From: an uncultured Peptoniphilaceae bacterium
GTDB taxonomy: Bacteria > Bacillota > Clostridia > Tissierellales > Peptoniphilaceae
DNA length: 64,000 bases
NCBI GenBank assembly: GCA_943912255.1
Contig: CALTTP010000001.1
Location: 127,356 to 191,355, forward strand
Reading direction: 5' to 3'
Shown here: in pieces, positions 41,381 through 51,882 of the stretch
How positions within the stretch are numbered: the stretch's first letter is position 1
How the letters are laid out: every line of letters begins with the position of its first letter
Position numbers and translations under genes: made by a program
Notes under the pieces: generated by a model
What the model saw: the letters and a program-made list of their open reading frames with translations, nothing else
Databases searched by the model: none
What the model was told of the DNA's origin: nothing

Positions 41381-42232
41381 ATGAAGAGTTTAGTTTTAAA
41401 AACTGGGATTAAGATTCCTAAACTTGGAATCACCACCTATAAAATAGGAGAAAACCCCGATCTACTATCTAGGGAAATCAACGCTTTAGAGTATGCTGTT
41501 GCAGGTGGTATAAGACTTATTGATACTTCTGAAATGTATGGAAAGGGCATGGCAGAATCCATAGTGGGTAAAGCCATTGAAAAATTTAATAGAAAAGAAT
41601 TGTTCCTGGTCTCTAAGATATATCCTTTTAACTGTACAAAAGAAAAGATATATTATTCCATTGAAAACACTTTAAAGAGGCTAAAAACGGATTATCTGGA
41701 TCTATATCTTATTCAATGGGCCGGGCCAATCTCTTTTCAAGAGTCTGTCAACTGTTTAGAGGAACTTAGAAAGAAAAGGTATATAAAACATTGGGGGGTG
41801 TCCAACTTTGACCTCTTTAATATGGAAAAATTACTTCATGTAATAGATGGAGATCACTGTGTTGTAAATCAGGTTTTATATCATTTAGGATCTAGAGGAA
41901 CGGAGTTTGAATTACAGGGTTTTATGAAGAAAAAAGGCATTAAGATTATGGCGTATTGTCCTATGGCAATGGGTGGAATCTTAAATACAAAATTAATTCA
42001 TAATTCAAAGTTACAAAAGATAGCTTGTAAATATAATATCTCAATTCAAGGACTACTCTTAGCTTTCGTACTTAGTAGGGAGAATATAATCCCTATACCA
42101 AAATCCACAGATAAAAAACATATTGATGAAATATTAAAGATTGGTAGAATGGTATTGGAGAGAAGTGATTTAAAAATATTGGATAAAATCTTTCCACCGC
42201 CATCATGCAGACAATTTTTAGATATAGTATAG
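41381..42232 (+). CDS. Aldo/keto reductase family oxidoreductase
   Basis: AKR motifs (LIDTSEMYG, HWGVSNF). 283 aa. Confidence 0.85.
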   Translation: MKSLVLKTGIKIPKLGITTYKIGENPDLLSREINALEYAVAGGIRLIDTSEMYGKGMAESIVGKAIEKFNRKELFLVSKIYPFNCTKEKIYYSIENTLKRLKTDYLDLYLIQWAGPISFQESVNCLEELRKKRYIKHWGVSNFDLFNMEKLLHVIDGDHCVVNQVLYHLGSRGTEFELQGFMKKKGIKIMAYCPMAMGGILNTKLIHNSKLQKIACKYNISIQGLLLAFVLSRENIIPIPKSTDKKHIDEILKIGRMVLERSDLKILDKIFPPPSCRQFLDIV

Positions 42233-42240
42233 GAGGAACT

Positions 42241-43713
42241 GTGTTAAGCCAAGACATTAACGATTTAGTAGAATATGGTATTCAGAAGAACTTAATTGAA
42301 GAAGAAGATAGGCAGTATACCATAAATAGGATTCTCTGGATTTTCAATGAAGATATTATGGAGAATCCAGGAGATTTTACTTTGAGATCTTTGGAGGAAA
42401 TTTTAGAATCCTTAGTTGAAGAAGCTTCAAATAGAGGTATCATTGAAGGTGGGTCAAGGGTTCAAAAAGACAATTTCGATACAGAAATCATGAATACACT
42501 GTCTTTGAAACCTTCTCAAATTACTAAAAAATTCTATAAATTATTGGAAAACTCTCCAAAGGATGCAACGGATTATTTTTACGATTATTGTAAAAATATC
42601 AACTATATTAGAATGGATAGGATTCTAAAGGACTATTTTTGGGAATACAAATCCTGTTATGGCAACCTAAAATTGATAATCAACCTTTCTAAACCTGAAA
42701 AGTCTCAGATAGATATTATAAATGAAAATAAAAAGAAGTTAAGAACCTATCCTAAGTGTATGTTATGTAAGGAAAATGAAGGTTATGCTGGAGGTTTAAA
42801 CTATAATTCAAAGGCGACTTTGAGAAGTATACCTATAGATTTAGGAGGGAATTGGTATATACAGTATTCCCCTTATGTTTATTATCAAGAACATTGTATT
42901 GTTTTTTCCAGAGAACATAAAAAGATGATTATAGACAGGGATACATTTAACTATCTAATGGATTTTTCCGAAATTTTGCCCCATTATTTTATAGGTTCCA
43001 ATGCAGGACTTCCTATTGTAGGTGGTTCAATACTAAATCATCTACATTATCAAGGCGGAAATTGTGAACTTCCCATATTTAATGCTAAAGAAAAGGTCGA
43101 GTTTCAAGTTAAGGGGTTTGAAGATATAAAAACGTCAATTTTAGACTGGCCAATGACAACTGTGAAAATTGTAGGTAAGAACCGAGAAAAAGTACAAAAG
43201 CTTTGTGAAAAGATACTAAAGAATTGGGAAAACTTTGAGTTTTCAAAAGAGGATATCATACCTTTTGATGAGGAAGGACAGCATAGCACTATTACTCCTA
43301 TTTTAAAGAAAAGTGGAGAATACTATAACTTTTTCTTGATTTTAAGAAATAATAAGACCACCCCGGATAAACCCTTTGGAATATTTCATCCATCTACTGA
43401 GTACCACAATATAAAGAAGGAAAATATTGGTTTATTAGAAGCAGCTGGATATGCAGTACTTCCTGGAAGGCTCAAGAAAGAAAAAAAGATTATTGAAGAG
43501 TATATGGTGAGTGGTAAAAACCTAGACCCAGAGATTATTATTAAACATAGTAGTTTAATCGATTTGTTAAAGGATAGTAAAAAAGAGGACTTCAATAATT
43601 CTATTGACGAAGCCATAGGAGAAATTTTTAAAAAAATCCTTGAAGACTGTTCTATTTTTAAATTTAATGAAACAGAAGGTTTAAATAAATTTATCCAAGT
43701 AATATCAAATTAA
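42241..43713 (+). CDS. galT: UDP-glucose--hexose-1-phosphate uridylyltransferase (galactose-1-phosphate uridylyltransferase, family 2)
   Basis: About 490 aa with the Firmicutes-type long GalT N-terminus (LVEYGIQKNLIEEEDRQYTINRIL). GTG 42241 with RBS AGGAGG is preferred over the track's ATG 42205, which lies inside the upstream gene. Confidence 0.8.
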   Translation: MLSQDINDLVEYGIQKNLIEEEDRQYTINRILWIFNEDIMENPGDFTLRSLEEILESLVEEASNRGIIEGGSRVQKDNFDTEIMNTLSLKPSQITKKFYKLLENSPKDATDYFYDYCKNINYIRMDRILKDYFWEYKSCYGNLKLIINLSKPEKSQIDIINENKKKLRTYPKCMLCKENEGYAGGLNYNSKATLRSIPIDLGGNWYIQYSPYVYYQEHCIVFSREHKKMIIDRDTFNYLMDFSEILPHYFIGSNAGLPIVGGSILNHLHYQGGNCELPIFNAKEKVEFQVKGFEDIKTSILDWPMTTVKIVGKNREKVQKLCEKILKNWENFEFSKEDIIPFDEEGQHSTITPILKKSGEYYNFFLILRNNKTTPDKPFGIFHPSTEYHNIKKENIGLLEAAGYAVLPGRLKKEKKIIEEYMVSGKNLDPEIIIKHSSLIDLLKDSKKEDFNNSIDEAIGEIFKKILEDCSIFKFNETEGLNKFIQVISN

Positions 43714-43936
43714 AGATTTAAGTAAGCACTGAAATTTATAATATTCCATATAGATATGGGTCATTATAAAATTGAGTGCTTTTTAAATTTAAATAGAATA
43801 GGGTTTGTCTATTATGGGGATATTCATAACCATATTTACAATACTGTTAAATACAGGTTAAATGTCTTTAGATTAAGTGAAAGAACTTATTGAAGGGGTA
43901 TGAATATACAAGAAATATTTTAAGGAGGAAGAAATC

Positions 43937-44485
43937 ATGATAATAGGGATAGTTATATTGGTTCTATTAGTACTAATAGTCATATATGTAATTGGAATCT
44001 ATAACTCTTTAATAACTTTAAGAGAATATGTTTTAAATGCTAAAAGTCAAATAGCAACTCAACTAGAATCCCGTTGGGACGCTGTTAAAACCTTAATGGA
44101 TGGTACTTCGAAATATTCTGACTACGAGGGGAAAGTTCTTCAGGATATAGTGGATGCTAGGTCTTCAATTGGCAAGGACATATCCATTAAAGACATGGAA
44201 AAAGATGACCAACAATTTCAAAGTGTTTTTAATAGATTATTGGCAGTTGTGGAAAACTATCCAGATTTAAAATCTTCAAATCTGTATCAAACCACTATGG
44301 AATCTGTAAATAAATATGAAGATAAAGTGAGACATTCTAGGATGATCTATAATGATACAGTAACTAAGTACAATAGGTCTATTAGGTTATTTCCAAAATC
44401 ACTAATCGCTTCAATGTTTGGTTTTAACCCATTGGATTATTTTGAAAACACAGAAAGTAAAGGTCAAATGCCTTCTTGGAATTAG
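43937..44485 (+). CDS. lemA: LemA family protein
   Basis: N-terminal TM anchor and LemA C-terminal pattern (VENYPDLKSSNLYQTTMESVNKYEDKV...YN). Confidence 0.85.
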   Translation: MIIGIVILVLLVLIVIYVIGIYNSLITLREYVLNAKSQIATQLESRWDAVKTLMDGTSKYSDYEGKVLQDIVDARSSIGKDISIKDMEKDDQQFQSVFNRLLAVVENYPDLKSSNLYQTTMESVNKYEDKVRHSRMIYNDTVTKYNRSIRLFPKSLIASMFGFNPLDYFENTESKGQMPSWN

Positions 44486-44498
44486 AAAGGAATTTCTA

Positions 44499-46253
44499 AT
44501 GAAAAAAATATTCAAGAGAAGATTGAGTCTCCTCTTAGTAATCTTACTTCTAATAAATCTTATTGCCATGCCTTCAAAGTCTTTAGCTGAGGACAATAAG
44601 GTAAATAATATAAATATGGAAGTTAGGCTTCATGAGGACGGTTCTGCAACTATAACATCTATTATGCAAGTGGAACAGTATTGGGGAACAGAATTTTACG
44701 TTCCCATGGGAGATATTCAAGATTCTAGTATACTTTCCTTTGAAGTTTACGAAAATGGAACAAAATTCCAAGACTTAGGAAGAAATTGGAAAGAAAATGC
44801 AAATATTGATGAAAAGAGAAATAAGAGTGGGATTTATACCAATAATGGACTAGATGAGCTGGTTATGGGAATAGGAAGCTATGGACAACATGAATTTACT
44901 TTAGTCTATAAGATTTCAAACTTCGTAAAGGAGACTACTGATGGGGAGCTAGTTACCTTTTGGAAATATGTAAATGATAGTTTCAATATACCCATTGAAA
45001 AATTTGATTTAAAAATCCTTAGTGATGTACCTTTAAACAAAGATGAACTAAGAATTTGGGGATTTGGATATGTTGGAGAAACCCAAATTCATGATGGTTT
45101 TGTAACGGCAAGTTCCAACATGGCTTTAGATGAAACAAATCATGTATCAATTCTTTATAAACTGCCTAAGGGTTCCATTAACACCAGTTCCAAGGTGGAT
45201 AAGACCTTTGAAGAGATTCTAAAAAGGGCTAAAGAAGGGTCATCTTTTATTCAGGAGAAGGATACACCCTTTGGAAGTTGGAAGACTTTTATATTGGAAC
45301 TTGTAAAAATTCTCGCAATTCCCTTTGTTCTCATAGTCTCTGCCATGGGAATTACTAAGTCTATTATTAATAAGGCTAGAAGGTCTAAGAAGGGCAATAG
45401 GATGAAAAGACAGTTGAAAGGTCAGTACTATAGAGATTTACCAACAGAATTATCCCCTTCTGAAATATATGATGTATTGTATAGGCTGGAGTATGGAAAT
45501 TTTACAAATTATTTAACAGGATATTTTTTGAAATGGATTCATGAAGGATCTTTTGAAACCATAAAAACAGAACAAGGTATAATTTTTAAGAGAGAAAGAA
45601 GTGCTTTTAAGATTAATACCATGTCCTTTAATAAAAATGAAAAGGAAGATTCATTAAAAGATCCAAAGGAAATAACATTATTTTATAAAATTTTAGAAGC
45701 ATCGGAAGACGGATTACTTGAGAGCAATGAATTTTCAACATGGGCTAAAGAAAATGATAGACAGCTTAGACTATTTCAAGATGGGCTATTTAATTTCTCT
45801 GAAAACAGACTCCTATCACTAGGCCTTTATCAGAAAAATCCTAATAGGACTTTATTTAGAAATATTGAGTTTATAGAGACCCCGGAAGGAGACGAGCTTA
45901 TATCAAAAATTATAAGATTTAGAAATTATTTGAAAAACTTTTCTCTTTTAAATGAACGAGAGTCATATAATGTTCATCTATGGGATGAGTATATGATATG
46001 GGCTGGCTTTCTAGGCATAACTGAAGAGGTAGTTAAGGAGTTTAGCAAGTTATATCCTGAAATCGTAGAACAGGAATTGTATAATACCAATACTATAACC
46101 ATAGCAAATAACATGGCAAGAACTGCTTATCACAATGCCTTTACAGCTACTTCAGACAGCTCTAGTAGGAGTAGTTCAGGTTATGGTGGAAGTTCAAGTG
46201 TTGGTGGAGGAGATGGTTCTTTCGGTGGAGGTTCCGGCGGAGGAGCAAGATAA
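44499..46253 (+). CDS. DUF2207-family membrane protein (LemA partner) with Gly-rich C-terminal tail
   Basis: Signal peptide, large extracellular domain and internal TM helices. C-terminal SSSGYGGSSSVGGGDGSFGGGSGGGAR tail is typical of DUF2207. Starts 13 nt after lemA; ATG 44499 follows the AAAGGAA RBS. Confidence 0.7.
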   Translation: MKKIFKRRLSLLLVILLLINLIAMPSKSLAEDNKVNNINMEVRLHEDGSATITSIMQVEQYWGTEFYVPMGDIQDSSILSFEVYENGTKFQDLGRNWKENANIDEKRNKSGIYTNNGLDELVMGIGSYGQHEFTLVYKISNFVKETTDGELVTFWKYVNDSFNIPIEKFDLKILSDVPLNKDELRIWGFGYVGETQIHDGFVTASSNMALDETNHVSILYKLPKGSINTSSKVDKTFEEILKRAKEGSSFIQEKDTPFGSWKTFILELVKILAIPFVLIVSAMGITKSIINKARRSKKGNRMKRQLKGQYYRDLPTELSPSEIYDVLYRLEYGNFTNYLTGYFLKWIHEGSFETIKTEQGIIFKRERSAFKINTMSFNKNEKEDSLKDPKEITLFYKILEASEDGLLESNEFSTWAKENDRQLRLFQDGLFNFSENRLLSLGLYQKNPNRTLFRNIEFIETPEGDELISKIIRFRNYLKNFSLLNERESYNVHLWDEYMIWAGFLGITEEVVKEFSKLYPEIVEQELYNTNTITIANNMARTAYHNAFTATSDSSSRSSSGYGGSSSVGGGDGSFGGGSGGGAR

Positions 46254-46560
46254 AAGAAGAATTAGATTTTAAATAATATTAGAGTTTTTTAAAGTAATCA
46301 AGCTCTCTTTTACTAAAAAATACCAAATTAAGATTAAAAAAGGGAATATGAGTGCTTGATTTGACTTTAAAGCTTTTAGTATTTAGTGTATAATAATTTA
46401 TTAGAACGGTAGATTATAAATAAATATAATGGAAGAAATCGAGATTAAAATAATCTCATATTTATTATTCAAAAGTTCAGCCAGGAATTTTTAGTTTCCT
46501 TAGCTGAAAATGTTTTCTGCCTATTTTTAGAGTATATACAATTAATAGTGAGGTGCAAAA

Positions 46561-47787
46561 TTGACTAGTATTAATGTAACAAATGAGATTGGAGAATTGA
46601 AACAGGTCTTACTGCATAGACCTGGGGAAGAGTTGTTAAACATGACTCCAGGTAAGTTACAGGAGTTGTTATTTGACGATATTCCCTATTTGGAAAGAGC
46701 AGCAGAGGAACATGATGCCTTTGCAAATCTTTTAAGAGACCAAGGAGTAGAAGTTTTATACTTAGAAGAGTTAATGGCAAATCTTTTAGAAGAGAAGCCA
46801 GAACTAAAGAATGTTTTCATCCAACAACTATTAGAGGATTCTGGAATTAGAAGCGATTATTATATAGACGCTTTAAAGGAGTACTTTAATGGATTTACCG
46901 ATATGAAAAAGCTAGTAGATAAATCTATTGCTGGTGTTAATTATAAGGAAATTGATTTAAAAAAATCAGAATTTTTAGAGTCTTATTCTCAAGATAGTTC
47001 AGATATGCTTATGCTACCTATGCCCAATCTATATTTTCAAAGGGATCCCTTTTCCTCTGTAGGTCATGGTGTAGTTATTAATAAAATGTATACTTTTATT
47101 CGTCAAAGAGAAACGATTTTTGCCCATATGATCTTTAGCCATAGTGAACAGTTTAAAGACGTTGTGAAACTTTATGATAGGGATTATGAATTTTCTATTG
47201 AAGGTGGGGATGTTTTAAATATCAATAAAAAGACTTTAGCAGTTGGAATTTCACAAAGAACTCAACCAGAGGCAATAGAAAAATTGGCGAAGAATATTTT
47301 CTATAATTCAGATAGTGAGATTGAAACTGTGGTAGCAATAGATATTCCAAAGATTAGAGCCTTTATGCATTTGGATACGGTATTTACTCAAATAGATTAT
47401 GATAAATTCACTGTGCATCCTGGAATTCTTGAGACCTTAAGGGTTTTTGAGTTAAAGAGGGGAAGTGCAGAAGGTGAAATTAAGACCAATGAAATTCATG
47501 ATACTCTTGGAAATATACTGTCCAGATATTTAGATAGAAAAGTTGACCTAATCTATTGTGGTGGAGGAGACAAAATGATTTCTGAAAGGGAACAATGGAA
47601 TGACGGATCCAATACCCTTTGTATTTCACCTGGAAATGTCGTAGTATATGAAAGAAATATAATTACAAATAAATTACTTAGAGAAGAAGGAGTTAATGTC
47701 CTGGAAATAAGAGATAGTGAATTATCCAGAGGTAGAGGAGGCCCTCGTTGTATGAGTATGCCATTAATAAGGGAGGAAATTTTATAA
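46561..47787 (+). CDS. arcA: Arginine deiminase
   Basis: TTG start with RBS GAGGTG. Arginine deiminase motifs NLYFQRDP, EGGDVL, FMHLDTVF and C-terminal catalytic Cys in GGGPRCMSMP. 408 aa. Confidence 0.9.
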   Translation: MTSINVTNEIGELKQVLLHRPGEELLNMTPGKLQELLFDDIPYLERAAEEHDAFANLLRDQGVEVLYLEELMANLLEEKPELKNVFIQQLLEDSGIRSDYYIDALKEYFNGFTDMKKLVDKSIAGVNYKEIDLKKSEFLESYSQDSSDMLMLPMPNLYFQRDPFSSVGHGVVINKMYTFIRQRETIFAHMIFSHSEQFKDVVKLYDRDYEFSIEGGDVLNINKKTLAVGISQRTQPEAIEKLAKNIFYNSDSEIETVVAIDIPKIRAFMHLDTVFTQIDYDKFTVHPGILETLRVFELKRGSAEGEIKTNEIHDTLGNILSRYLDRKVDLIYCGGGDKMISEREQWNDGSNTLCISPGNVVVYERNIITNKLLREEGVNVLEIRDSELSRGRGGPRCMSMPLIREEIL

Positions 47788-48044
47788 TAAGTTTTCTCGA
47801 TATACTAAGATAAAAGAAAATTATATCTTATAATTAAACACTTTATTTTGCAAATGAGTATAGTTAATTATAATTTACACTTATATAATTATGTAAACGA
47901 CAGCTTACTTGTCTATCTCATAGATAAACATTATAATAGTAATGAAATCTAATTTATACGCTGGTATAGTATAGATTAGGTTAAGGCAAAATAGGAAATT
48001 ATTGAAGTGGGGAGGGTGAGATAAAGCCGACAGGCGTTATTATT

Positions 48045-48233
48045 ATGGTAGAAGAAAATGGTTATCTAGCAAAAAGAGAAGCACGCTTAAGAAATAAGAC
48101 TCTAAATTTGAGGGTTTCACAGAAAGACCTAGATAAAATAGAGTTTTGTTCTAAGGAATTAGGATATAATAAATCTGAAATACTTAGGTTAGGCGTAGAA
48201 AAACTATATGAAGAAATAAGTAGTAAAAAATAG
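48045..48233 (+). CDS. Small ribbon-helix-helix (CopG/MobC-like) DNA-binding protein, putative
   Basis: 62 aa. KTLNLRVSQKDLDKIEFCSKELGYNKSEILRLGV fits the RHH beta-strand plus two-helix pattern. No good RBS. Confidence 0.35.
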   Translation: MVEENGYLAKREARLRNKTLNLRVSQKDLDKIEFCSKELGYNKSEILRLGVEKLYEEISSKK

Positions 48234-48396
48234 AAAGAGTCCTCGGTAGAGGGCTTTTTTATTGGTTTAAAACAGGAACTTCTTTAATTTCTTTAAAACG
48301 TTTTAATAAAAATTTTGTACTTTTAAAATTTCAGAGTAAAGTTGAAACCTTTTATCCTAATAGATCTTATTGGGTATACATTAAAAGGGTGATAAA

Positions 48397-48948
48397 ATGA
48401 AAGACTACAATGATGTTTTGAATTTCTGGTTTGCACCAGAGCATATTGAAAAACAATTTGACGAAGACGATGACTTTGATAAATTGATTGAAGAAGAATT
48501 TCTTGAGACTTGGGAAAGGGCAAAAGAGGGTTTACTTGTGGACTGGAGAAAAAGTGCCAAGGGTAGAATTGCAGAAATAATTGTGTTGGATCAATTTTCA
48601 AGAAATATGTTTAGACATGATATTAGAACCTATACCCAAGACAAGATGGCCATAGCCCTTGCTCAAGAGCTGGTTTTAAGTTCTGATTATGATGAACTAT
48701 CTGATGATGAGAAAAAATTTGTGTTATTACCATTTATGCATTCAGAGTCCTTAGAGCTTCATAATTGGGCAAGACCACATTTTGAAGACTTAGGTGGAGA
48801 TACTCTTCATTTTGAGGACGCTCATTTAGAAGTTTTAAAGAAGTTTGGAAGATATCCTTATCAGAATTATGATTTAAATAGGGAATCCACACCAGAGGAG
48901 ATAGAAGCTCTTAAGGAAAATAAAGACGGGTTTTACACAAAGAAGTAG
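48397..48948 (+). CDS. DUF924 family protein
   Basis: 183 aa; the N-terminal pattern WF...DDDFD...E..E.W.RA..GLL..W resembles DUF924 as recalled. Confidence 0.6.
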   Translation: MKDYNDVLNFWFAPEHIEKQFDEDDDFDKLIEEEFLETWERAKEGLLVDWRKSAKGRIAEIIVLDQFSRNMFRHDIRTYTQDKMAIALAQELVLSSDYDELSDDEKKFVLLPFMHSESLELHNWARPHFEDLGGDTLHFEDAHLEVLKKFGRYPYQNYDLNRESTPEEIEALKENKDGFYTKK

Positions 48949-48992
48949 AGTACAGATCTACAAAAGATATCATATGCATATTTAGATAAATA

Positions 48993-49018
48993 GGGAGTAC
49001 CATAATGGTGCTCCTTTT
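48993..49018 (+). terminator. Rho-independent terminator after the DUF924 gene
   Basis: gggagtacc...ggtgctcc stem (one G-U) followed by TTTTAATT. Confidence 0.5.
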
Positions 49019-49104
49019 AATTATAGGATATTAACAATTCAATTGGTTCAATAAAAAGAAAAATTTACTATATGCTATAATATTTTGGAGGAGTGGAAAT
49101 TGTT

Positions 49105-50682
49105 ATGAACTTACTTATTATTACTTTGGTGCTTTTATTGGCCCTTGTGGCCCATAGGTTTTCAGATAAATTTGGACTACCGTCTCTTTTGTTGTTTATA
49201 CTTTTAGGAATGTCTTTTAATCTCTTGGGATATAATTTTTCTGACCTTGAACTTTCTGACAAGATTGCAAAGGTCTCCTTGATGATAATTATGTTCTATG
49301 GTGGTTTTGGAACCAACTGGACCATGGCTAAGCCGGTTTCTAAGCCTGCTATAGTTCTTTCTAGTCTAGGGGTTGTGGTTACAGCTTTACTTACTGGAAT
49401 TTTTTGTTATTTTATCTTAAAATTTGATTTTTATGAGGCCATGTTGCTTGGTTCTGTAGTGGGTTCCACAGATTATGCATCGGTTTCTTCTATCTTAGTT
49501 TCTAAAAACTTGAATTTAAAATACAATACTGCACCTCTTCTTGAACTGGAAAGTGGTTCCAATGACCCGGCTGCCTATACTATGACCATGGTTTTTATGT
49601 CCTTAATCGCAGGGGGAGATATTTCTGTGCCCTTAGTCATATTTAAACAGGTGATTTTTGGAATAGGACTCGGCTTTATAATAGGTTTTATGGTTTTAAA
49701 GATAATCAATGTGGACACATTACAAGATGATGGTTTATTGGTGGTTTTATTTGCAGCGGTGATGTTTGGTACTTTTAGTGTTACGGAGTTAATTGGAGGT
49801 AATGGATATTTGGCTTTATATATATTGGGGATTTATATAGGGAATAAACAGTTTGTAGGCAAGAGGGATATTGTATTCTTTTATGATGGCCTTTCTTCTT
49901 TAGTACAAATAGGACTGTTCTTTCTTTTAGGATTCTTGTCCAATATTGAAAAGTTGTTACTGGTTCTTCCAATATCTTTTATCATTATGTTGGCTATGGC
50001 CATTGTAATTAGACCAGTAGCCGTTTTTGCGCTTATGATTCCCTTTAAATTAGAAAAAAATCAATTGGGAATCATTTCTTTGGCAGGGCTAAGGGGAGCT
50101 GCTGCCATTGCCTTTGCAATTATGGTTGTAAATAGCAAAGTGCCTCTTTCCATAGATATTTTTCATATAGTATTTGGGATTTGTCTTTTTTCATCCTTTA
50201 TTCAAGGTTCCATTATGCCCATTGGAACTAGGAAGCTTTCCATGTTAGAACCTAATGATACGGTTTTAAAGACTTTTAACTATTATCAAGATAAGTCGGA
50301 TCTAGGTTTTATTCAAACGGAGATAAAACCAGGAAATAGGTGGATAGGAAAACCCATTAAGGATTTAACCCATACTTTCAATATAATAGTGGCTAAAATT
50401 GAAAGACATGGAGAAACAATAGTTGCCAAGGGAAACACCATAATAGAAGAGGGAGATATTGTGGTTTTAGGAGGAGAAACCCACTTTGACAGGTCTGGAC
50501 ATAACTTAACGGAGATAACCCTGTCTAAGGAGCATAGATGGGCTAATAAAAGGGTGTCTGAAATTGAAATGGGGGATAAAGAACTTATTATTATGCTACA
50601 GAGAAAAGAAGGGGGAGTTATTGTACCTACTGGAGATACGGTATTAAATCCAGAGGATAAAATCGTGATAATTAAAGAATAG
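49105..50682 (+). CDS. Monovalent cation/H+ antiporter (CPA1, NhaP-type) with C-terminal TrkA-C (RCK_C) domain
   Basis: About 12 TM in the N-terminal 400 aa, plus a roughly 120-aa soluble C-terminal regulatory domain. ATG 49105 follows RBS GGAGGAG. Confidence 0.8.
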   Translation: MNLLIITLVLLLALVAHRFSDKFGLPSLLLFILLGMSFNLLGYNFSDLELSDKIAKVSLMIIMFYGGFGTNWTMAKPVSKPAIVLSSLGVVVTALLTGIFCYFILKFDFYEAMLLGSVVGSTDYASVSSILVSKNLNLKYNTAPLLELESGSNDPAAYTMTMVFMSLIAGGDISVPLVIFKQVIFGIGLGFIIGFMVLKIINVDTLQDDGLLVVLFAAVMFGTFSVTELIGGNGYLALYILGIYIGNKQFVGKRDIVFFYDGLSSLVQIGLFFLLGFLSNIEKLLLVLPISFIIMLAMAIVIRPVAVFALMIPFKLEKNQLGIISLAGLRGAAAIAFAIMVVNSKVPLSIDIFHIVFGICLFSSFIQGSIMPIGTRKLSMLEPNDTVLKTFNYYQDKSDLGFIQTEIKPGNRWIGKPIKDLTHTFNIIVAKIERHGETIVAKGNTIIEEGDIVVLGGETHFDRSGHNLTEITLSKEHRWANKRVSEIEMGDKELIIMLQRKEGGVIVPTGDTVLNPEDKIVIIKE

Positions 50683-50705
50683 GTCAGTTTATTTGTGAAT
50701 ATAAA

Positions 50706-50730
50706 AAGTCCAGAAAAAATTTCTGGACTT
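50706..50730. terminator. Bidirectional terminator hairpin between the antiporter and the Rnf/Nqr-like operon
   Basis: Perfect 11-bp stem aagtccagaaa/tttctggactt, with T-rich flanks on both strands. Confidence 0.65.
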
Positions 50731-50758
50731 AAATTTATTGCTATTTTATGGACAAGTT

Positions 50759-51874
50759 TTAGAACTCGTCAAAGAAAATTCGTTCTGTTGGAACTTTCTT
50801 TTCATTTAATGATTTTACAATTCCCTCTATCATCTTTGGACTACCACATAGATATGCAGTATAGGTTGTGTCTTCATTTACATATTTATCAATAGAATTG
50901 TTAACACGTCCTGTGTCACCTTCCCAATTGTCTTCAGGAGTAGTTCTTGAAAGGGTAGGCATGAATTTAAAATCATAAAGATCTTTTTCAAATTGTTTCA
51001 TTTCATCAACTAGGAAAAGATCGGTAGGAGTTCTAGCACCAAAGTAGAATCTTGTCTTTTTCTTAATATCATTGTCTCTCATATGATTTAAGATGGATCT
51101 AATAGGTGCAAAACCTGTTCCAGCTGCTATAAGCAGTATCTCTTCACTATCGTCGTCATGATAGTAGAAGTCTCCATAAGGCCCGTTTATTAGTACCTTA
51201 TCTCCAACTTCTAACACTTTGTGAACAAAGGTAGAACAAATTCCCATGGTATATCCTATTAAGAACTCTACGTGTTTTGTATCTTTAATGGAAGATGCCA
51301 CGGAATAAGCTCTAAACACTTCTTCGTCACTACCTTCATAATCTTCGCCAGATGAGTATGGAACCGTCTTAATCTGCATAAATTGACCTGGTTTAAAGTT
51401 TATTGTCTCACCTTCAGGTAGTTCAAATCTCAGTCGAACTATCTTGTCGGTCATAGGTTCCTTTTCCACTAAGGTCATTTCGTATTCCTTTACATTGAAC
51501 AATTCTTCAGGAATTTGAATATGCATATCAGACTTTACTTTAACTTGGCAAGAAAGTCTTACACTGTCTCCTAATTCTTCTGGGCTTAGCCAAGGTTTTT
51601 CAGTGGCAAGGACTGGTCCTGCTCCGTCTAAGACCTTAACTTTACAATAACCGCAAGATCCCTTTCCTCCACATGCAGAAGGAATGAATATCTTTTGTGC
51701 TACCAAGGAAGAAAGTAGACTTTGTCCACCTTCCACTTCGTATTCTTTTTCATCGTTTATTATTATTTTTACTTCGCCATAATCGGCAATATATTTGTCT
51801 GCCAGGGTGAGTAGTAGGGCAATAAGAACTGAAATACCTGTTACTATCCCTGTAGAAATTAAAATCATCTTCAT
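50759..51874 (-). CDS. NqrF-like subunit: membrane-anchored [2Fe-2S] ferredoxin with FAD/NAD(H)-binding oxidoreductase domain
   Basis: N-terminal TM helix. Plant-type 2Fe-2S motif CGGKGSCGYCKV...C. FAD motif RAYSVAS. NAD motif AAGTGFAP. C-terminal YLCGSPKM. Last gene of the minus-strand operon. Confidence 0.85.
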   Translation of the reverse strand: MKMILISTGIVTGISVLIALLLTLADKYIADYGEVKIIINDEKEYEVEGGQSLLSSLVAQKIFIPSACGGKGSCGYCKVKVLDGAGPVLATEKPWLSPEELGDSVRLSCQVKVKSDMHIQIPEELFNVKEYEMTLVEKEPMTDKIVRLRFELPEGETINFKPGQFMQIKTVPYSSGEDYEGSDEEVFRAYSVASSIKDTKHVEFLIGYTMGICSTFVHKVLEVGDKVLINGPYGDFYYHDDDSEEILLIAAGTGFAPIRSILNHMRDNDIKKKTRFYFGARTPTDLFLVDEMKQFEKDLYDFKFMPTLSRTTPEDNWEGDTGRVNNSIDKYVNEDTTYTAYLCGSPKMIEGIVKSLNEKKVPTERIFFDEF

Positions 51875-51882
51875 ATTATCAC

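Noticed and set aside
43724-43790. Long-range inverted repeat (aagcact...agtgctt) after galT.
   Set aside because: The stem is only about 7 bp with a roughly 50-nt loop, so it is not a convincing terminator.
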